52,649 nucleotides of DNA, taken from NCBI GenBank assembly GCA_048634245.1, contig JAIWAR010000005.1, positions 1 to 52,649 on the forward strand, read 5' to 3'. Made by a program: the position numbers and the translations under genes. A model generated the notes under the pieces. The model did no database searches, was not told the DNA's origin, and worked only from the letters and a program-made list of their open reading frames with translations. Source of the DNA: Methanosarcinales archaeon (GTDB lineage: Bacteria > Omnitrophota > Gorgyraeia > Duberdicusellales > 4484-171). Below are positions 41,901-50,900 of this stretch, piece after piece; positions within the stretch are counted from its first letter, which is position 1; each line of letters begins with the position of its first letter.

Positions 41901-44900
41901 TCGCGATAAATTATTTTTGCAAAACTTATCCAACAGCGTGTCATAAGGGATTCTCAATAAAGAATCGGGGATTTTTTCAATATCGTTTCTCGCTATCAAG
42001 TTCACAACCCAGAGCAAAGTATTATCTACATCGCCCTGCATTACAATATCTACTCCTCCGGCTTTAATAAGATTAAACGGTTCAAAAATTCCTTTTCCGC
42101 CTAAAATAACAACTACTCCCGGGTCAATTATTTTAATCTCTCTTGCTAATCTAAGATTCACTGCAAGATCAAGTGTCGTTGTTGAAATACCTATAATATT
42201 GTAAGGCCTCTCTTTGCATGACTTCTTATAATACCTTAATTTTTTTAATAATGCCGTGGCACTATTGTAGAAATCAGTAGAGTGTCCCCCTTCTTTTAGA
42301 ATTTCCGCAAAAAACAATATCCCGGGAGACTGATATTTTGCTACACCATCGTAATTCTGAATAAAAGCGACGTTCTGAGGCACTATTTTTTTGCCTATAT
42401 CTTCTATCCCTCCATCGCTGTTGCTGCTATTTTTTTTCTTTATTAGTCGAAGTTCATTAAGAATTGCCCTCTTCTCTATACTTTCTCTGACGGTCTTAAG
42501 CGGCTTACCATGCAAAAAATCTCTAATCTCTACTTTCATAATATTTTTCTGAACTAAATACGCTAAGCAGCCTTGTTCGGCACGAGATAATATCGTCCAT
42601 TTCTCTTCTAACGGCTCATCCTTATTGCTAATCAATATTTCTTTTACTTTATCAGCGTAAGCCTCATTCTCTTCGTTAACTCCAAAATACTTTTTAGAAT
42701 ACATCTCTTCCATACAAAGAGAGATATTAAAGGCCAACAAAATTTCCGTAAATACTTCCAGATATTTTTGTGGTGTTATATTCGCCTCCAAGCTATACCA
42801 CTCATATTTCAGCTCACCCATAAATTTTATTATATATTTTGCTTCCTCTATCATCTCGTTTATATCATCATCGATTAATCTAAGGTTCCCTCTTCTAGAT
42901 GCCCGCAAAATGGTTAACCGGGTGAAAATCTCTTCAATAGTTAATTTGAGCTCATTAAGAATATCCGCAAGGGACATTCTTTTTTCTTCCGTTCCTGTTT
43001 TAATAGCCATCTCTTCTTCTTCAAATTTAAGCTTACTTATTTTGTGTACTAGACTATCTATAAATGTTTTTTGCTCGCCCTCTGCCGGTTGGTATCCATG
43101 CTTGAGAATCTTTTGAATTTTAATCACACTTTGTTCTACTTTTATATCGGCACCGCCGTCATACCCCTGAGAATTAAAACCATTTTGTTTTTCAGAAACA
43201 GAAAAGCTTAATCGCGAGCCTGATACCGGCGGTTTAAAAGTAAATACCACCTCGGTATTTTTGCCTTTCCAGGTATCTGAATCACTATAAGAAATTTTAA
43301 GTTTATCCGCCATTATCTTCCATAAAGTCTCTGAAGTTACCTTCGATAAGATTAAATCTTCAATTCTATCCTGTCTTGTTATGATTGAACCGTTGTCACG
43401 CTGTGGCAATAAAAATCCATAACTTGACTTTTTTGATATAGAGTTTGCGGCAGAATTATTTAGGATTAAATCGAAAAATGTAATGATTGGTAAAACAAAC
43501 AAAAGCATAAATGAATAAAAGGAACAATAGCAATCATAACCTTCAATTGGCGAACCTTTGTTTTTGCCGGACTTAGCAAACCAAGATGTATATAGAGCAA
43601 GAACAGTGACTTCTGTCGGAATAAAGCCCAAAATAACCAAGTTGGATATGCCGCCATCGGGATCAAGTCTATTCCAATCGGAATCTCCTCTTATATCCTG
43701 AATAATATCTAACAGATAGTCCGAATCTCCCCTTTTTACCCTTTCAGCTAAAATATATCTAATCTGATAAGCATTTTCTTCTGCTTCCATATCTAAATTA
43801 TTTATTAATTCTAATATATCTTCTTTTTCTCTATGCAACTTTTCTCGTACTTTTTCTTTTAAAATATCTTCAAATATTTTTACTCTATTGTAAAATTCCT
43901 TAACTTTTCCTATCAAATCTTTTCTATCTATCCGCTTGAGGGATTGTTTTCTACCTCTCCTTGTTCCAACTGAAAAATAACCGTTATTGACTTTAAAATC
44001 CAATCCGGCCAAATTATTTATAAACTCTTCTATCTCTTCACCTGACATCTTTTCCATATCTTCTATTCTTTTACCCCCTTGTTCCATACTATTTATAAAA
44101 GCCCATATTGCCTGAATCTTGATATCTTTTCTTTCAATCTTTTCTTTTTCTTTCACGTCTCTCTTGGTTATTTTAAGATTGGAAAGATTCTCTATCTCAG
44201 GATATAAATCAAGAAATCTTTTTATATTTCCTTCATCTCCTGTATAACCCCAGTTCAACACCCCCAAATACTGCAAAACTATCGGGGCTACAACACCTGT
44301 GCCTGATAAATTTAATTCTCTGTTAATATTATTAAAATTTACTTTCTCCCCCAATTTAATGGTATCATATACTTTCCTTAAAATTATTAACTGTCTATCA
44401 GTTGGATTAGCTAAAAGTGACAGCATGGAAACAGCAAGGGATTTAGACACACCGCAGGATTCAATTATTGTTTTATTTATTGAGGATAGCACATAAATAG
44501 TATCCTTTATTTTATTACGATCTTCTACCTTTGTTATCTTCTCCAATCCAGCCAGCTCTTCAATTTTCTTTACCACTCTCAATTTGCCGGGAAATATATT
44601 TATACCGGCAATTTCTATCCTATTTAATGCTAACTCTACAGTCTCCTTATGCCTTTCCAACAAACTTTCTATATCATTGCTTGCATATACTACATGAGCA
44701 AACATTTTCTGATTTTTTCGCCCATCCGAGCCTCTCTTTATTATCTCAATAGCTTTATTTATCCTATAGTCACCTTCTTCTTTAATCCCCGCAGTTACTA
44801 TTAATCTTTCACATAACTTTTCATTCAATCCTATACTTCCTTCTTTATTAATTAAATTTTCTAATCTATCTTCCTTTAACTCTAACTCAGATAAATTTCT

Positions 44901-47900
44901 ATCTTCTTTTAACTCTAACTCAGATAAATTTCTTATCCTAATCAGCACTTGCTCTGAATTTTGAATTCTTTCTACTGCCGGATTAACAAAGTAATCCCCA
45001 TTTTTATATTGAATAACTCCCGCGCTGCTAAGTATGCCTAACGACTTCTTTATAGTCCTTATCGGCATATAAAAAATTTGCGACGAGATATTTTTTTGTG
45101 TAAATTGATTCAAATTTTTATTAAAAATAACATCAAGAACTTTTAATGTTGAATGAGTCCACTCATTTTTTCTTTTTTTAGCTTGAAGCTTCTTATACTC
45201 ACTCTCCCGCGTTAGTAAATTAACCCATTTATCTTTTGTAACTTCATTAATGAATTTCTCGTTAAATAGCACTTCAATAAACTTTTTGCTAAATAAATAT
45301 CTATTAGATACCGGTCTATATAAAATACCCGCGTTTGTTAAATTACTTAGCAGAATGTTGATTTGCTTCTTATCGATATACTTATGTTCTTTTTTCTTAA
45401 ACAGCTCAATTATTTTTTCAACATCAAAAGGTTCTTCTAGCCCAGTTATTATATCCATAAGAGTTGCTGCAAATTCTCTATCCCGGCCGGTAAGGAAATT
45501 GCCTTTACTTTTTGCTCCAATATTATCTTCATAAGTAAATTGATTAAATAGTTCTTCTTGCTTTAAAATTGTCCTATATTTATTATAGTAGCCATCTTCT
45601 ATAAAGCCCTTTTCCTTTAACGCGTCCACAAAATCACTGCTTAACAAATAACGCCCCCGTACAGGAATATATAACACTTTAGCTTTCTCCAAAATAACCA
45701 ATAGATGCTGAAAATGGTCTTTACTATATTTGTCCTTTAAAAAGCTATACCTATTTCTCAATTCTTCCGGCCTAAAAATAACCTCTTTTTTAACCGGCTC
45801 TAAAATGGTAAATAATAAATCTCTGTCCTGATTTGTCAATGATTTACCTGCTATACGGCTGCTTCTATATTCTATGCCTTCAGGATAAATAAATCTGTTA
45901 AATATCTCATTCATGCCCGCGACAAGAAGGCATAAATCAGAAAAAGTTTTCCCTCCATTTTCAACAAAACCGCCGTCGGTTTCAATTTGTTTCAAACAAT
46001 CATTGATTGAATTGCGATTTTCTGTGCTTTTCGTATCCTGAGCAGCCTGCTTTAAAGCGTCTATACCAATACTGTCTCCCCCATCTTTACTGTCAAATTC
46101 CCTACCATTTCCATGTTTAAATAAATCTTTCACTGACCGGGAAGGATCATAGGTAAATCTCTGATATAAATCTTGCTCGATTTCTACTTTACGGATCCTA
46201 ACCCAATCCGCGAAATACTCGGATATCTCCTCAGGAATTGTCCCCAATTCGCTGATTACCGCTTTTTCTATTTCTCTCGGCGTAAAAATAGGTATTGTAA
46301 AAATTTTATTTACTTTTCCATCCAGGGAACAAAGCCAGTCTCTATAATCAAATAACATAGCTATCAATTCTTTCAGACTGCCTTTTTTCAACTCACGTAA
46401 AGCATTAATCTTTATAAGTTCTGGTTCAAGGCCTTTCAATTCTTCTTCTGAAATATCTCTCCTTGTCTCAGTAATACGCTGGCATACTTCCTCATTTAAT
46501 CTAATATCACCTTCAAATATACGAAAATCACCGACAATATATCCTGTATTTTTCCATAATCGAACCATTCGGCTTATAGTTAAAACCAAAATAAAATCAA
46601 ATAGTCGCGTGCCTTCTCCTATCCCCAACTTGTCACCTTCCCAATCACGTAATATTTTCCATCCTTCATATTCACTTAGATAAATCTGCCTATAATTTTC
46701 TATATCTTCCCTAATATACATAGGATAAACTCTTTTTTCTCCGTCAACATATATTTCAACTTCCACATATTCAAAAACCTTAGGCCATGCATCAGCATCT
46801 ACACCATATGCAATCTGCAAATTTTTAAATTCATCCTGTGCCGTGACGCGCAATCCCTCTGAATAATAGTGATTATCAAGAATTAAAGTCATTTTTTTCG
46901 TTTCTTCCTTATTTATAATTACAATTTCCAATTCGGAAACAGAACCTGCTCTCTCGGGTTCCGCAAATATCCCTGTGGAAAGAGGTTTAATCAAAATAAA
47001 CACTTCGTGTAAACTTGAATGAAGATGTTTTAATAATTCACACAGAACTATCCTATTGCAAACCACTTGCTCGTAAACCTGCCTTTGCACATTATTATAA
47101 TGATTAAGTTCGTCAATCCTAATAGGCGCGCATCTGTTTAAATGGATAAACGACCGCACGTGCCTATCATCGAAATTAATAACTAAATTAACTCTTTTCC
47201 CATTAATAGTCGATTGCCTTCTCATAATATTAGAAGGTGAATAGGGAAGAATGAATTCTCCATATTTAACGCTGAACAACCTGCATATTTTTTGAAGGTT
47301 TGAAAGATACATCTGCTTTAGTTCTGTTACATCCCGGTGCAAATAATCAGCGATAAGGGGCCAATCTTCAGTCAAAATTACACCAAGCGTTACCGGCCGC
47401 TTATCTGTATTTATCTCCCTGCGTAATAAGCCCCATACATTTTGCACCATTAGCAGCATCCGATAGATAAACAATACCTCTTCAATTTCATCTTGGCTAA
47501 AAGACTGGCGGCCGTTGTTATCATTTCTTTGGGGTAATTGCTCCAATATCTGAAAAGCATCGTTGTGCCGAATATCATACTTCACCTTAGATGCCCAGAC
47601 AAAAGACCGCAGAATTCTTAAAGTATGTTTTGGAGTAAAAGCGTAAGGTAACTGGGGATTTTTACTCTCACGCTGTAATTCTGATAGAGGATACAAATTC
47701 AAGAAAACCTGCCCTAAATATTCATCCGTTGGGGAGTCTTGTTCATACACATATTGATGAAAAACTCTACTAATATATTTTGAAATCGGCTTTTCTCCAT
47801 AGATGTATTTATGATCTATCATGAATATAGAAACAAGTTCTTTATCCTCACACCGTACCGGGCAGCGGAATCTCATGGTTTGGTTAATCACATCATCCAC

Positions 47901-50900
47901 ACAAAATCCTGCACGCTGCAGAATATTACGGACAATAATATATAACTCTCTACAATACTTTTCATCTTCCGGTGAACGCGGAACAATCAAAAATTCTATA
48001 TCTGAACTCAATGTAAACAGATTCCGCGCTAAGCTCCCCAATACTTCTACACTGAATTTATTCCCAATTTCATTAGCCTCGTTATCCCTTGACTCATATT
48101 CTTTAGAAAACTTTACAGTTTCTATCAAAATACCGACCACACTATCACTAAAATACCGGCATACCTCCTCTTCATTTATGCCTGCCGCAGGCATTGATTG
48201 ATACTTTTCAAACAATCTCTCTCTGTGTTGTCTAATAGTGTTAATAAAATCACCTATATTGTTTTCCCTAACTACTTCCCCGCCATCGAGATCAAGTTTA
48301 TTCCAAAAAGAATCATCGCTTAAAACAGAAGATACTTCTAGCCCCTCAAAAACATCAGCATCTTTATCTTCTAAATAATTCCTCAAATCATCCCAGTCAA
48401 TTTTTCCTTCAATAAACTTACTTTTCTTTATAATAATTGCCAAATTTTCCAGCTCGTTATGTACTTTTTTCACCGTATTCAAATCAACCCCTTTACCTCT
48501 GTTGCCCATTTCGTTAATTATTTTTTTAAGAATAAAAGGATTAAGTCTTAATAATTCCCGGATAATTTTTACTCTTTCTTCCTCCGACGACTTATCTATC
48601 TTTAAAAATCCTATAATCTTCTCAGATTCCATTATATTTAATTTCAAAAAAGAATTCTCACTTCGATATAATTCGTTTAAAATCATCTCTATGTTTTCTT
48701 CAGAAACATTAAGGATTTTCGCGTAATATTTGGTGATTTCTTCCCAACCGTTAAGTGCCATCGAACTTTCTAATTTAGAAAAGTTGCCGTCATGAAATTC
48801 AATCCAGGGCGAAATTATTGCAAGATCATTTAAGTCATTTACTTCCCATTTTTTTAGCCATTTACGTATTTGTCCTAAATCTTCCTCAACCTTTTCTATC
48901 TTGCTTATTTTTTCCGCGTTTCTAAGAATCTCTAATTCTTGTCTCTTCCTAGATGAAAATAATTTCCGCACCCTTACTGCTATGCATAAAATAGTAAATA
49001 TAGTAGCAATAGCCGCATATTCTTCTCCTCCTCCAGATATCCATTCACTAAAAGAAATAATAGCCGTGATGATTAAAATATGACTTAGTATTATTAGAAA
49101 AACTTCGACACTTTTAATCTTATTTATTAAATGGGTTATAATTTCAATTTTGTCATCTTCTTTGAGATTCTCCCCTCCATCTTTTTGTCCAAACCTTGCC
49201 CGCTGCCATAGATATTCCCACCCGGCATCAGTATTATTTTTATTTTCAGAGATTTTTTTGGCTATACCTGCTATTAGAATGCCGTAGGCATATTCAGAAA
49301 AGCTATCGTGGAAATTCGCGACTCTATTCATCAAATCTCCATATTTAAAAAACAGGTTTCTCGTCTTGCAAAATTCTCTTGCCTTTTTTTCTTGAATAAC
49401 CGAATCACGCTCAATAGCCAACTCTTTTCCTTCAAACCTATATCCTTCGCTGTCATTGTATTCATTTCTAGACTTCAGTTCTTGCCCCCATTGTTGTGTT
49501 GAAATCTCTTCCCAAAACATGATGCTCTCCATGCCTCCATCCCGCCTCAAATAATACTTACGCCGAGAATCTGTAATAATAGAAGCATTTTTGAAGGTCA
49601 ATTCAAAATCAACTTCATAAGTATCCGGGGTTAAACCTTTTATCTTTTTTATAAAATATCCCGTTTCCGGTTCATTTAATCGCTTACGCCATTTATTAAT
49701 TGATAATGAAAGGATGTGGGAACTATTTACATTTTTGGCTCCCTCTTTGGCAAAACCAAACAGCGCTTCTCTAAACAAAGCTCGCCCAATTCCTTTCTGC
49801 CAATACTTTTCGTCTACATCCCAATTGTAAATTGTTCCGCTCTCCCAACTTTTTAATATCCTTACCGATATATAACCAATTACTTTTCCATCTTTTAATG
49901 CTACCCACCCCTCATCACGGAATTGTTGTCTACGCTCCTTCTTATACACGCTTAAAGATTCTACTTCTTCTTGCTCGCATTTATCTACTTCTTTGATTCT
50001 TACCTCAGGAATCATTATATGCGGGCGCCAATTTTCTATAATCTCAACAACCTCACACTGCTCTGAAAGCATAAAGCCTAATTTCTTAATATAGAATACC
50101 AAGGTTTTAGCCCAATTCTCTTCATCGATAACATCATTAATTACCTGGGTATAGGGGATTTTGAACGTTTTAATTTGAGGAAAGATTTCTCCTAAAGCTT
50201 TAAGCCGCGCTTTATATAAAAACTCATAATTACTCTTCTCTTCCAACCCTCTAAACAGCAACCACGCCTCGTTTTCATGGAGTTCTGCGCCACCATAAGC
50301 AATTAATATTTTATCTCTAAATATTGCTTCATAGTAACGTTTAACACGGCGTTGCTGCCTTTTTCTGACCCATGCTTTTTCAGTAAAACAAACCCATTTA
50401 AAATCATTCCCCAGTTCTTGAGAATAAACGTTTATAAAAAAAGCCTTTCCCCAATTAAAAATTATTTTCTGTCGAGCCATCTCTATACGAAAAAGGAAAC
50501 ACAACTTTATATTTTCCAAAAGATCACATAAAACAACTGAAGGGTCATCAAGCATCTCCAATAGGCAATCTTTTTCTTTGGCGAATATGATGGCTTTCCC
50601 ATCTTCAGCTTTTTCAAAGAATTTGACTATATCTTCTTTGGAAACATTCTTACCCGAACTACAAATAGCAGGAGCCTTAAGCCGTGGATAAACTTTATGA
50701 TTTGTTAGTTCTCCTCCATCCTTAATTTCTTTACTATCCCAATGCTTCCATCCGGCCATAATCTCATCAAAAACCCGCCAATTAACCATTACGCCTTGGT
50801 TGATTGATCTTAATATGCCTGTACTTTGTTTATACCTATTTATAATGTCTTTGTTGAAGCCGCCTATTTGAGCCTTTTCCATATTGCTCATTTTCCATAA

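Noticed and set aside
18161-43666. Small minus-strand alternate-frame ORFs (18161-18424, 36956-37234, 43466-43666)
   Set aside because: They are nested in longer supported CDSs and have no motifs.
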